NCBI GenBank assembly: GCA_040767195.1
Contig: JAXGPA010000002.1
Coordinates: 306,111-370,110 of the forward strand
From: Syntrophales bacterium
GTDB lineage: Bacteria; Desulfobacterota; Syntrophia; Syntrophales; UBA6807
Length of the DNA stretch: 64,000 nt
Direction: 5' to 3'
In this document: piece by piece, positions 31,033-40,896 of the stretch
Numbering within the stretch: the stretch's first letter is position 1
Layout of the letters: each line of letters starts with the position of its first letter
The notes under the pieces: model-generated
What the model saw: the letters and a program-made list of their open reading frames with translations, nothing else
What the model was told of the DNA's origin: nothing
Database searches by the model: none
Program-made: the position numbers and the translations under genes

Positions 31033-32016
31033 ATGAAAGACGCAGTCACCAGAAAAAAAACAAGGGCCGCCCTCCTGTCGGTTTTTTCCAACGGGTGTCT
31101 CGTCTTTCTAAAGATCGTCGTCGGTGTGGCCATCGGCTCCGTGTCGGTCCTTTCCGAGGCCGTTCACTCCGCCGTCGACCTCCTGGCCGCGTGCATCGCC
31201 CTTTTCGCCGTCCGGACCTCGGGCAAGCCGGCGGACCGCGACCACCCCTTCGGTCACGGCAAGGCGGAGAGCATCGCCGGAACGGTGGAAGCCCTTCTCA
31301 TCTTTCTCGCCGCAGGCTGGATCGTCTACGAATCGGCGCAGAAACTCCTTCACCCCGCCCCTGTCGAAGCCCCCTTCTGGGGGGTGGCCGTCATGCTCCT
31401 CTCCGCCATTCTCAACACCGCCGTCTCGGGCCTGCTCTTCAAAGTGGGAAAGGAAACGGAATCGGTCGCCCTCCTGGCCGATGCCTGGCACCTGAGAACG
31501 GATGTCTGGACCTCTCTCGGGGTCATGGGAAGCCTGGCGGTCATATGGGCCGGCGGCCTCTTTTCTCCCGGCATACCCCTTCACTGGCTCGATCCCGTGG
31601 CAGCCGTGGCCGTGGCTCTCCTCATCATCCGGGCCGCCTTCCGGCTCACCGCGGAATCCCTCCGGGACCTCATGGACGTGAAGCTTCCGGCGGAGGAGGA
31701 GGAATGGATGCGAAGCCTCATCCTGGAACATCGGGACGTGGTGAAAGGATACCACAAGTTCAGAACCCGCCGGGCGGGAGACGCCCGGTTCGTGGAATTT
31801 CACATCAAGGTGGACCCCCACATGACCGTGGAGGCCTCCCACGATGTGGGCATGGAGATGTCCGTCGCCATCCGGAGAAAATTCCCCGGGTCCAGCGTGA
31901 CCGTTCACGTGGAGCCCTGCGACGGCCGCTGCACGAAAAAATGCCTTGCCGGATGTTTTCTCGACGAGAATACCCGCGAATCCATTCATAAAACAAACAA
32001 ACAGGGACGTCCTTAA
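31033..32016 (+). CDS. Cation diffusion facilitator family transporter (FieF-like) with Cys-rich tail
   Basis: SEAVHSAVD, HPFGHGKAE, ADAWHLRTD, HVEPC. Confidence 0.93.
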   Translation: MKDAVTRKKTRAALLSVFSNGCLVFLKIVVGVAIGSVSVLSEAVHSAVDLLAACIALFAVRTSGKPADRDHPFGHGKAESIAGTVEALLIFLAAGWIVYESAQKLLHPAPVEAPFWGVAVMLLSAILNTAVSGLLFKVGKETESVALLADAWHLRTDVWTSLGVMGSLAVIWAGGLFSPGIPLHWLDPVAAVAVALLIIRAAFRLTAESLRDLMDVKLPAEEEEWMRSLILEHRDVVKGYHKFRTRRAGDARFVEFHIKVDPHMTVEASHDVGMEMSVAIRRKFPGSSVTVHVEPCDGRCTKKCLAGCFLDENTRESIHKTNKQGRP

Positions 32017-32104
32017 ATATTTCAATAACTCAACTTTCGCACATGCTTGCTATAGGGAACCGGTTGACCCTCTTCAACGGGGAACCCGGACGATCCGTCC
32101 CCGG

Positions 32105-33835
32105 TCATGCCTTATGAAGCCGCCGGAGCAGGGTTTCCAGGGGAAGGGCGTTGAGGATGTGTTTTTGCTCCGCCCAGCCCCGGCGGGCCTGGGCGATCCC
32201 GTATGCGACGGTCTCCAGCTGATCGAGCCTGTGGGCATCGGAATTGACGACCATGGCGACACCGGTCTCCCGGGCCCGGCGGATGTTTTCGTCGCTCAAG
32301 TCGAGCCTTTCATGCCAGGCATTGATCTCCAGGGCAGTCCCCGTCTTCGCCGCCATCTCGAGAATTTTTCCAAGGTTCACCGCATAGGCGTCCCGCCGCT
32401 TCAGCAGCCTCCCCGTGGGATGGGAGAGGATGTCCACATGGGGATTTTCAAGGGCCCGGATCACCCGCTTCGTCATTTCGTCCTCCGCCATTTTGAAATG
32501 GGAGTGTATCCCGGCGATGACGAAATCGAGGGCCGCCAGGGCCTCGTCATCGATGTCCAGGGAACCGTCCGCCAGAATGTTCGCCTCGCACCCCTTGAGA
32601 ACCCGGAAAGACCGGCCCGCCGCCTGTAACGTCCCGTTCAGGCGGTCGATGGCCCCGTTTCTCTCGGAGAGCCTTTTTTCGTCAAGCCCCCTCTCGATGC
32701 GAAGATACTTCGTGTGATCCGCGATTCCCACATAGGCATAGCCCATGTCCATGGCCGCTTCGGCAATGTCCTCGATGGAATCGGCACCGCCGTCCCAGTC
32801 GCTGTGGACATGAAGATCCCCCCGAAGGTCCTCCCGGCGGACCAGGCGGGGCAGTCGGCCCGACAGGGCGGCTTCGATCTCCCCCCGGTTCTCCCGGAGT
32901 TCCGGAGGAATCCAGGGAAGGCCCAGTTTTTCGTAAACCGCCTCTTCCGTTTCCCCGGCCACCGCTTCCGATTGACGAAAGAGCCCGTATTCGCTCAGCT
33001 TGTATCCCTTTTCCAGGGCCATTTTTCGCAGCGCGATGTTGTGGTCCTTCGATCCGGTGAAATACTGGAGCGCCGCCCCGTAACTCTCCGGGGGAACGAC
33101 CCGCAGATCCGCGTCGATGCCCTCCTTCATCCGGACGGAAGATCGGGTCTCCCCCCGCCCCCACACCCGGACGACCCCCGGAAGGGTGACGAACCGTTCC
33201 ATCACCGGCCCGGGATTCCCCGAGACGGCGAGAAAGTCCAGATCCCCTATGGTTTCACGCCATCTCCGGAGTGAACCGGCCGTCTCGACCTTCTCCACCT
33301 CTTTGAGTTCCCGCAGGGATTCCAGGATGCCCCGGGCCAGGGGAATCACCTCCCCCAGAAGAAACCGCCCCCTGTCGTGCTTGAGGAAAACGACGCCTTC
33401 GAGAAGCATCCGTTCCGTCTTCTCACCGAAGCCCGGAAGAGGGGCGATCCGGCCGGCCCTTGCCGCCGCTTCCAGTTCCTCCAGGTTGGTGATTCGAAGA
33501 CTTTCATAAAGCACCCTGGCCCTTCGGGGGCCCAGCCCTTCCACCCGGACCAGCTCGTCCAGTTCGACGGGCATCTTCTTCTTCAGCTCATCGTAATACC
33601 CGAGCTTTCCTGTGGTCAGATACTCTTCGATCTTCTTCGCGATGTTCTCGCCCACCCCGGGCAGACCTTTCAGGGCCTTGACGCCACCCTGCCGGTACAG
33701 GGCGGCCACGTCCCCTTCCAGGGATTCCAGCACCAGGGCCGCCTTTTCATAGGCGTAGGGTTTGAAGCGGACCCCCTCCATTTCCAGGTACTCCGATATT
33801 TCACGAAAAATTTTCGCCAGCTCCCGGTTCTTCAT
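32105..33835 (-). CDS. polX: DNA polymerase X / PHP 3'-5' exonuclease
   Basis: GSLRR, GDLDFL (DxD), DLRVV, YFTGSKDHN; PHP motifs DLHVHS, ADH, HPTGR, NSDAH. Confidence 0.95.
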   Translation of the reverse strand: MKNRELAKIFREISEYLEMEGVRFKPYAYEKAALVLESLEGDVAALYRQGGVKALKGLPGVGENIAKKIEEYLTTGKLGYYDELKKKMPVELDELVRVEGLGPRRARVLYESLRITNLEELEAAARAGRIAPLPGFGEKTERMLLEGVVFLKHDRGRFLLGEVIPLARGILESLRELKEVEKVETAGSLRRWRETIGDLDFLAVSGNPGPVMERFVTLPGVVRVWGRGETRSSVRMKEGIDADLRVVPPESYGAALQYFTGSKDHNIALRKMALEKGYKLSEYGLFRQSEAVAGETEEAVYEKLGLPWIPPELRENRGEIEAALSGRLPRLVRREDLRGDLHVHSDWDGGADSIEDIAEAAMDMGYAYVGIADHTKYLRIERGLDEKRLSERNGAIDRLNGTLQAAGRSFRVLKGCEANILADGSLDIDDEALAALDFVIAGIHSHFKMAEDEMTKRVIRALENPHVDILSHPTGRLLKRRDAYAVNLGKILEMAAKTGTALEINAWHERLDLSDENIRRARETGVAMVVNSDAHRLDQLETVAYGIAQARRGWAEQKHILNALPLETLLRRLHKA

Positions 33836-33850
33836 GGCGCGATCCCCCGT

Positions 33851-34747
33851 TCAGGTTGTCCGGACATAGCGGCCGCCCCTCTCCTGAACCCGCCCCTGTT
33901 TTATTAGACGCTCCAGGTGTTTCCCCATGAGGGCGCCTTCGGCGAATTCATAGAATTGAACGGGTTCCCGGGGCTTGCCATAGGCGATCCAGGCCTGGAC
34001 GATCTCCCCGAACGTCCGGGGTCGGGAGAGGAAGGCCAGAAGCTTCCTTTCCCGCTCGTGGACGACGTCCTCATAGCGGTCCCAGAGGGAACCCGGCGGA
34101 TTTTCGAGAATCCCCCTCTCGTGACTGGCGATCCACAGGGAAGCATCGGTGTTCCGCAACCGCCGGATGGAGGAGAGGGTGTCCTCGATGCTGGAGCGGG
34201 CATCGCCGTACCAGGGACCGAAATCGGACAGGTCGTAGTCGCCGAGAAATAGAATCCCGCTACGGCGGAACAGGAGGGACACGTGGCCCGGCGTGTGGCC
34301 CGGTGTTGCAAGAACCTGGACGGTGTCGCCCCCCACGTCGCAGGTGTCTCCTTCCCGAAAGAAAAAAGACGGAACCCGGGGACGGAAACGGAACCGGTCG
34401 ACGAAAACGCGGCCCCAGTAAGTCCGATCGGTGGGATCCGTGATGCCGTATCTGTCCAGGAGACCTTCCAGGCTTTTCATGGGCGGCGCATCTTCTTCGG
34501 AAATCCCGATGGGCAGGTGTTCGAAGAGATCCAGGTCGGCGAAGTGATCCTCGTGGAAGTGGCTGAGCCAGACCGTCCGGACGGCTCCCCGGTCCCGGAG
34601 ATCGGCCAGGCAGGCCCGGTCGGAGGCGGGATCGATGACGATCCCCGCTTCCTCTATGTAGAGAGAATTGCAGAAGGGATAGCGGCCCCCCCGCTCGCCG
34701 GGGACGAACAGGACCGGTCCGAAACGTGTTGTTCCGCCATTCTTCAC
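33851..34747 (-). CDS. MBL-fold metallo-hydrolase
   Basis: SHFHEDH, TPGHTPGH, GDYD, ASHE; start estimated at GTG 34747. Confidence 0.85.
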   Translation of the reverse strand: MKNGGTTRFGPVLFVPGERGGRYPFCNSLYIEEAGIVIDPASDRACLADLRDRGAVRTVWLSHFHEDHFADLDLFEHLPIGISEEDAPPMKSLEGLLDRYGITDPTDRTYWGRVFVDRFRFRPRVPSFFFREGDTCDVGGDTVQVLATPGHTPGHVSLLFRRSGILFLGDYDLSDFGPWYGDARSSIEDTLSSIRRLRNTDASLWIASHERGILENPPGSLWDRYEDVVHERERKLLAFLSRPRTFGEIVQAWIAYGKPREPVQFYEFAEGALMGKHLERLIKQGRVQERGGRYVRTT

Positions 34748-34947
34748 CGGACCACTGTGCTCCTTTTCTTTCAAGCCGTTTCCAGGAAAGCGGAAAAAAA
34801 TACCCGACCATGAGAGAGGCGGCCACGGGCGAAGCCTTCGGGGACAGAACAACCGGATTCACGGGCGGTCGTGGCGGCTCCCGGGACGGGGACGAAAAAG
34901 AGGTTTCCCCTCTCCAGGCGGACCGTATTCCGTATTCTTTGAGCTTC

Positions 34948-36348
34948 TCAGCCCCCGGAAGGTCCCGGCCCCGTCCGCTCGACCACCCGCCGGTGGGGAT
35001 CGATCAGCCTGTCGACCAGGCGCCCGGGAAAATCCCGGCGAACGGAGGGGATCCTCGTCAGAAGCATCATGAGACTGTTTTTGAGCCGCATGCGGTACTT
35101 TTTATGGGGAAAATCATAAAAACCGTGCTTCCGGTAATACCGGTGATCCACCTGAAAGACCACGCGGAGCCGGCCCCAGATCTCGTCCCGGAAAACCTTG
35201 GACGACCCGACCCCCAGAAAGGTGGGGGGTTTCACGTATCCCCGCGCCGAAAAAGCGACGAGCCTCTCCGCCAGGGTCTCCAGAAGGCCGTCGATTTCCG
35301 CCGAATCCCCGGACTCGTCGGTGACGGTGCCGGCCAGGCTGGCCTGCTCCCACTGGGTGTAAGCCTCCAGGATTTCCCGGAGATTGCCGATCTGGCCGAG
35401 GGGCCCCGAGATGATGACCCCGACCTGCTTTCCCGCGAGGGTCGGAATGTGGGTGTGAAAAAACCGCCGGTCCAGGAACTCCTTCCACTTCCAGGACAGG
35501 AACCGGTCCCGAACGGCACCGGCGAGAACGAGAATATCCGCCGTCATGACCCGGTTCCGATAAAAATCGATGTACCCGTCCTTTCCTTCCCAGGCGCAGA
35601 CACCGTCAAGGCCGCACTGGCAGCACCCCAGGCAGCCGCCCCGGATATCCAGATCGTGGAGGTTGACCATGTCGATATCCTCCGAAAACGAAGCGGCGAA
35701 ACGGCGGATCATCCCATGAAGATTGGCATCCCCCTCCCGGGCGTCCGTGAGAAGGAGGATCTTTTTGCCGCCCCTGTCGATCTTCCTCCGCCCCTCGCCG
35801 GGAACATAGTCGAAGGGTCTCGTCGAAAGGGGCGCGTAGTGCCTCGGCGCCGGCAACTTCTTTTCCATGGCCCTTAAAAAATCCTCGCCGAAGATCTCGA
35901 GACGGACCCGCTCCCGCCTCTTGAGCAGGTCGTACATGTCCGGGGAAAAAGCCCCCTGGAATCTCATCCCCAGGTCGTCGCAGACGGCGTTCAGGTAGGT
36001 ATGGGCGATGTGATCGAAAAAATGGACCGACGTGGTCAGAACCGCCGCGGGCTTATCCCGAAAAGCCTCCCCGGCGCCTCTCGCAAAGACCAGTTCGATG
36101 AAGCGCTTGTACTGGGAAGGCACCAAGGTTACATAAACGGGCGTCCCCCAGAGAACGCCGTCGGCGGTGCGGACGTCTTCCAGGATGTCCCGGAAGGTCT
36201 TCTCGTTTTTCTCGATCCCCTGGATCCTGCGGGCGATGTCCAGTATTTTCCATTCATGGCCGGGGAATTTCCTCTGCAGGTAGAAAACGGAATGCATGGT
36301 GGCGCTTTTCGTGCCCTTGGGACTTCCATTCAGGACGGTGATTTTCAT
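34948..36348 (-). CDS. Tandem flavodoxin-fold protein (NADPH-dependent FMN reductase / iron-sulfur flavoprotein family)
   Basis: N-terminal LNGSPKG..S.T and GTPVY; second domain with CLGCCQCGLDGVC (CxxCxxCx5C). Confidence 0.8.
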   Translation of the reverse strand: MKITVLNGSPKGTKSATMHSVFYLQRKFPGHEWKILDIARRIQGIEKNEKTFRDILEDVRTADGVLWGTPVYVTLVPSQYKRFIELVFARGAGEAFRDKPAAVLTTSVHFFDHIAHTYLNAVCDDLGMRFQGAFSPDMYDLLKRRERVRLEIFGEDFLRAMEKKLPAPRHYAPLSTRPFDYVPGEGRRKIDRGGKKILLLTDAREGDANLHGMIRRFAASFSEDIDMVNLHDLDIRGGCLGCCQCGLDGVCAWEGKDGYIDFYRNRVMTADILVLAGAVRDRFLSWKWKEFLDRRFFHTHIPTLAGKQVGVIISGPLGQIGNLREILEAYTQWEQASLAGTVTDESGDSAEIDGLLETLAERLVAFSARGYVKPPTFLGVGSSKVFRDEIWGRLRVVFQVDHRYYRKHGFYDFPHKKYRMRLKNSLMMLLTRIPSVRRDFPGRLVDRLIDPHRRVVERTGPGPSGG

Positions 36349-36556
36349 TTCTTCTCCCGTGTTGAATTATCCGCTCGCAGAACCCTGAAAAGGGTCGCCG
36401 ACGGGCGATTCCGGTGGCGTCAGCGGCGGCGGCTCCCAAGGCCCTCTCTCGGGTGTTGAACGAATCCGTGACGGAGAAACGGCCAGCCGGTCAAGACGCC
36501 GCAAGGGACGGTCAATTCCGGAACGTCGCCGCTTCCCCTGTTCCGGCCCGGGACCG

Positions 36557-37387
36557 TCAGTGAAAGGGGTCGTCGTCAAGATCCCCTGCATCGGCGAGTC
36601 CCTCCGCCATGGCAAGGGCCTCGGTAACGGCATCGTCGATGTCGTCGTCGGAGAAGGCCAGTCCGCGGAGAAGATCCATCGCCTCTCCCGGGCGTATGCC
36701 CGCAACGGCCTCTATGGCGGCGATCCGCAGGGCCTTGTCGACGTGGCGCCCCGTGACGAGCGGGGCGATCCGGGACCAGGCTTCGTCAAGGCCCCAGTTG
36801 CCGGCGGCGCGGACGGCGTGACAGAGAATGTCCGGGTCTTTCCGTGACAGCCCGTCGAGGATTTCCCGCTCGAAACCGCGGACGAAACTCATGGAAAAAA
36901 GGGCGGTGAGCTGCCAGTCGTCGTCATGGCTCTTGTAAGCGGCGCGGACGGCATTGGCGTGCCACTTCTGGAAAGCGCGGACCGATGTTTCCAGAATCCT
37001 GCGGCGGAGCGCCGCTGGCACGGCGGCGTCGAAAAAAAGCTGCCGCAGCCGGTTTTGTATCCTGTGAATCCTGTCTGCGGAAAGCGAATCCATTTCATCG
37101 AAGTCGAGGAGATCGGCCTGCTCCAGGAAAGGCCCCAGGGAAAGGGCTGCGGCCTCCCGCAGGGCCGTCACCTCGTCCTGCCGCCCCACGATTTCGAGGA
37201 GCGTGTCGGCCATTTCGTGGCGAAAGACGGCGCACTCGCCGGCCAGGTCAGCCGCCAGAAGCCTTTCCGAGGCATCCTCCCCGGTGTTCTTCAGGGCCTC
37301 GAGAATCCGGTCACTGTCTTCCTCTTCCCACTGCCACGACGGCAAATCCGCCAGTGACTTCAACGTGCGTTTATTCCCCCTGTTCAT
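36557..37387 (-). CDS. HEAT-repeat-like alpha-helical protein
   Basis: Repeated LREAAALSLG / AVRAAGNW / LRIAAIEAV helices, acidic composition; start at MNRGNK. Confidence 0.65.
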   Translation of the reverse strand: MNRGNKRTLKSLADLPSWQWEEEDSDRILEALKNTGEDASERLLAADLAGECAVFRHEMADTLLEIVGRQDEVTALREAAALSLGPFLEQADLLDFDEMDSLSADRIHRIQNRLRQLFFDAAVPAALRRRILETSVRAFQKWHANAVRAAYKSHDDDWQLTALFSMSFVRGFEREILDGLSRKDPDILCHAVRAAGNWGLDEAWSRIAPLVTGRHVDKALRIAAIEAVAGIRPGEAMDLLRGLAFSDDDIDDAVTEALAMAEGLADAGDLDDDPFH

Positions 37388-37729
37388 TCGCGGCCCATCC
37401 TTTTCATTACGCCATCCCCGGCGGGTTCGTGACGACCGCCAGTATGTCAAAACATTCTGTTTTTTTCCAGGCGGAATTGTCCCTGTTCCGTCCGGACCTT
37501 CGCAGATCTTTGTTTACGAGGCAAGGGGCCCGTCCCCGCACAAAGAAGGTGCAATTATTTTTCCGTTCTGTTATCACCAAAAAATCCGCGGTTTTCTTCC
37601 GGCCGTGCCGTTCCGGCGGCACGCTCCGGCGGGCCGCCGGGAAACAAAAACGGGCCGGCCGTTCTTTCGGGGATTAAGCCTCACCCGGGAAAAACGGCCC
37701 CTCCGAAAAAAACTGGAAAGGAACCGGTC

Positions 37730-38344
37730 ATGCAAACACGGACGAAAGGAATGATCCTCCTCGCCGCGGCGGCCTTTCTTGCCGCCGGCGGCACCGCCGT
37801 CTCCGGCGAGACCCGCGGGGATGCCCCCGCCGGGGAAGACATCAGGGAAATCTCCGATATCCGGGCGGTCATCGAGACCCGGCACGGCGACATCACCCTC
37901 GCGTTTTTTCCCGACGCGGCGCCGAACCACGTGAAAAACTTCATCGATCTTGCCCGGAAGGGCTTTTACGACGGAACGACCTTTCACCGGGTGATCCCCG
38001 GCTTCATGATCCAGGGCGGCGATCCCAATACCAAGTCCCCTGACCGGAGCCGTCACGGCATGGGCGGCCCGGGGTACACCGTGAAAGCGGAATTCAACGA
38101 GCGGCCCCACAAACGGGGAACCCTGTCCATGGCCCGGGCCATGAACCCTGACAGCGCCGGGTCCCAGTTTTTCATCTGCGTCGCCGACGCGCCCTTCCTG
38201 GATCGCCAGTACACGGTCTTCGGCGAGGTGATATCGGGGATGGACGCCGTCGACAAAATCGTCGCCGAGCAAAGAGACCCCCGGGACAATCCCCTGGAAC
38301 GGGTTGAGATGACCGTCCGGGTTATTGACGGAAAAGACCGCTGA
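37730..38344 (+). CDS. Cyclophilin-type peptidyl-prolyl isomerase with signal peptide
   Basis: APNHVKNF, FHRVIPGFMIQGGDP, SMAR, SAGSQFFI, YTVFG. Confidence 0.95.
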   Translation: MQTRTKGMILLAAAAFLAAGGTAVSGETRGDAPAGEDIREISDIRAVIETRHGDITLAFFPDAAPNHVKNFIDLARKGFYDGTTFHRVIPGFMIQGGDPNTKSPDRSRHGMGGPGYTVKAEFNERPHKRGTLSMARAMNPDSAGSQFFICVADAPFLDRQYTVFGEVISGMDAVDKIVAEQRDPRDNPLERVEMTVRVIDGKDR

Positions 38345-38377
38345 TTCCCTTGTAAGATCCGACGTCACACCATGGAG

Positions 38378-38410
38378 GGGCGGCCCCCGGCGAGGCCGCC
38401 CTTTCCTTTT
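38378..38410 (+). terminator. Intrinsic terminator after the PPIase gene
   Basis: GGGCGGCC-N8-GGCCGCCC followed by TTTCCTTTT. Confidence 0.6.
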
Positions 38411-38514
38411 CTATCATGGAAAACCCGGCGATTGTTTTTTTCTTTTTTTTGTAGTATTGGCGGCTTTCAAAATTCAATCCGTGAAAAAAAGGATTTTTCA
38501 AAGGAAGCGGGACC

Positions 38515-39570
38515 ATGCAGATCTCCATCATCGGCAGCCCGGGATGCGGCAAAACAACCCTCTTTCAGGCCCTGACGGGCCTGTTTTCCGAAAAAAAGAA
38601 CGGCGCGGACCCGTCGGCGACCATCGACGTTCCCGATGAACGCATCGAGAGGCTCGTGGACATTTTTCACCCCCGCAAAACGACCTACGGGAAGATCGCC
38701 GTGGCCGACACCGTGGCCATCGAAGAGGGGAATATCCGGAAGGAAACGATTCACCCGAAGACCCTCCAGGAAATGCGGGGGGCCGACGCTTTTCTCCTGG
38801 TGCTCCGAAACTTCAAGAACGGGAAGGCGGTGGATCTGCCGGGGGAACTCCGGACCATCCTCGACGAGTTCATCATCGCCGACATGGTTCAGGTTGAGGC
38901 CCGGCTGGAACGGATCGGCAAACAGGGCGGGAAAAAGGAAGACCCCGTTCTTCTTCACGAAGCGTCCTCTCTCCGGGAATGCCTGGACCATCTGAGTGCC
39001 GGGAAGCCTTTGGCCACCCTCCCGCTTTTCCAGCGGGACGGCAAACACCTGAAGGGCTTCCGGTTCCTGTCGCAGAAACCCATGATGGCCGTGGTGAATT
39101 GTGATGAAGAAAAAGCGGGACGGTTCGACAGCCTGGAAGGGGACCTGAAATCCTCTCTTCCAGCTCACATTCCGCTCATGACCGCCTGCGGCAAGCTCGA
39201 GGCCGAACTCGCCCTGGTGCAACCGGGGGAACGGGCGGAATTCATGGCGGAATACGGCATCGAGGAAACCGTCGCCGGCCGGATCATCCGCCTCGCCTAC
39301 CACACCCTCGGCCTTATCTCCTTCCTCACCGTGGGCGAAGATGAATGCCGCGCCTGGCCCATACGCCGGGGAATGAACGCCCAGGAAGCGGCGGGCACCA
39401 TCCACACGAGCCTCTCGGACCGGTTCATTCGGGCGGAAACCGTTTCTTACGAGGATTTCATGAATTATGGCGGCTTTCCGGGCTGCCGGAAGGCCGGTAC
39501 GTGGCGCCTCGAGGGGAAAAACTACATTGTCCGGGACGGCGATATACTGACCATCCGCGCCGGCAACTGA
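38515..39570 (+). CDS. YchF/Ola1-family ATPase paralog (DUF933/TGS C-terminus)
   Basis: GSPGCGKT, VPDERI, SFLTVGEDECRAW, AAGTIH, FIRAE, LEGKNYIVRDGD. Confidence 0.85.
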   Translation: MQISIIGSPGCGKTTLFQALTGLFSEKKNGADPSATIDVPDERIERLVDIFHPRKTTYGKIAVADTVAIEEGNIRKETIHPKTLQEMRGADAFLLVLRNFKNGKAVDLPGELRTILDEFIIADMVQVEARLERIGKQGGKKEDPVLLHEASSLRECLDHLSAGKPLATLPLFQRDGKHLKGFRFLSQKPMMAVVNCDEEKAGRFDSLEGDLKSSLPAHIPLMTACGKLEAELALVQPGERAEFMAEYGIEETVAGRIIRLAYHTLGLISFLTVGEDECRAWPIRRGMNAQEAAGTIHTSLSDRFIRAETVSYEDFMNYGGFPGCRKAGTWRLEGKNYIVRDGDILTIRAGN

Positions 39571-39723
39571 CCCACTCCCGAAAAGGCGGACCGGCCAAGG
39601 AATCGTCCGAATCGTTCCGCCTTGCCTTCTTGTCATCGGACCCTTTCGCGCCGGGTCACCCAGCCCCCTTCGGAAACGGGAAAACAGGAAACAAGGGTTG
39701 TCCGCGGGCCGGTCGTCTTCCCG

Positions 39724-40560
39724 TCAGAACGTAAAGGTCATCCCCGCCGCGCCGGGGACGGCCCGCTCCCCCAGTCCCTCCCGAAGCCGGGCGACGGCGG
39801 AGGGACCGGTGCAGTGGCAGGGGATCACCTGCTCCGGATCCAGCCGGCGCAGGGCGTCCACGGTCCGGTCCAGGCGGTCCCGGTTTGCGCTCACGAGATG
39901 GAATCCCCCCACGACGGCCCTGATCGGGAGGTCGCCACTCAATCGCCGGACATGGGTCAGGGTGTTCACCAGACCCCCGTGGGAGCAGCCGACGCAAAGG
40001 ACAACGCCTTCACCTGTCGGGATCCAGAGAGCGAGATCATCATCGATGGCATCCACCCGGGTTCCCTTCGGGTCAAGATAGAACGGCCCGCCCGTGTCTT
40101 CCCAGCCCGTTTCCCGGGGGATGGGTCCGGTGAGGCCGACGTTTCCGGGAAGAAGAACGGACTGCTGAATCCAGCGAAGCTTTTCCGAAGGCAGCCTGTC
40201 CAGGGCCGCCATGGATTCCCGGGGCATGTGAATCGCCGTCGCCGCCCCGTTTCGGACAGCATAGCGGGGATGCACGATTCCAGGGTGTCCGTAAACCACG
40301 GCGTTCCGGGACAACCGGAGGACCCGGGAAATTCCCCCGGTGTGATCGTAGTGCCCATGACTCAGGACAATCATGTCCGTGCCGCCCAGGTCGATGCCGA
40401 GTTCCCGGGCGTTGCCTTCAAGGGTTATCCCCTGGCCCGTGTCAAAGAGAATCCGCTTTCCGCCGGCCTCTATCCACAAGGCGAGGCCGTGCTCCGCCGA
40501 CAACCCCTCGGCGGCGTGATTGTCGGCGAGTATGGTGATCCTTACCTCCGATGGCATCAT
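39724..40560 (-). CDS. MBL-fold hydrolase (COG1237 type)
   Basis: AEHGLALWIE, LFDTGQ, SHGHYDHTGG, GCSHGG, GGFH, PCHCTG. Confidence 0.88.
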   Translation of the reverse strand: MMPSEVRITILADNHAAEGLSAEHGLALWIEAGGKRILFDTGQGITLEGNARELGIDLGGTDMIVLSHGHYDHTGGISRVLRLSRNAVVYGHPGIVHPRYAVRNGAATAIHMPRESMAALDRLPSEKLRWIQQSVLLPGNVGLTGPIPRETGWEDTGGPFYLDPKGTRVDAIDDDLALWIPTGEGVVLCVGCSHGGLVNTLTHVRRLSGDLPIRAVVGGFHLVSANRDRLDRTVDALRRLDPEQVIPCHCTGPSAVARLREGLGERAVPGAAGMTFTF

Positions 40561-40635
40561 TCGAACACACCCCTGTTTTATCTTCCGGGCGCGAACCCGG
40601 GATGAAATTTCAGAAAAATTTTCGAGGACGGGCCT

Positions 40636-40896
40636 TCATTCCCCGCAGGGAGGTTTTTCGCAGCGTTCGTCCCGGCCGCAGCAGGTTCTGCCGGACCGCT
40701 CCAGTGAACAGAGACCGCCGCCCGCCGCCGGCCCCCGCGGATTCGACCCTTTGAGGATGAAACCGGCACCGCCGCTGATGAGGCGCCGGACTGTTCCACG
40801 GCATTCCGGGCATTCTGCCAGGACGGGGTCGGTCATGGCCTGCCGGCGCTCAAAACGCAGCCCGCAATTCCCGCATTCATATTCATAGGTCGGCAT
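40636..40896 (-). CDS. FmdB-family zinc-ribbon protein with extra Cys-rich tail
   Basis: MPTYEYECGNCG, CPEC, RLIS, C-terminal CSLERSGRTCCGRDERCEKPPC. Confidence 0.88.
   Translation of the reverse strand: MPTYEYECGNCGLRFERRQAMTDPVLAECPECRGTVRRLISGGAGFILKGSNPRGPAAGGGLCSLERSGRTCCGRDERCEKPPCGE

Noticed and set aside
32105..33835. Possible catalytically dead PolX or a defence-associated nuclease
   Set aside because: The polymerase aspartates (GDLD, DLR) and PHP metal ligands are intact, and there are no neighbouring defence genes.
40558..40638. The FmdB TGA stop is in frame with the downstream MBL gene, with 25 open codons between them (possible Sec readthrough, given selA)
   Set aside because: No SECIS-like hairpin follows the UGA, the UGA is not at a Cys-equivalent position, and both proteins look complete on their own; chance is a sufficient explanation.
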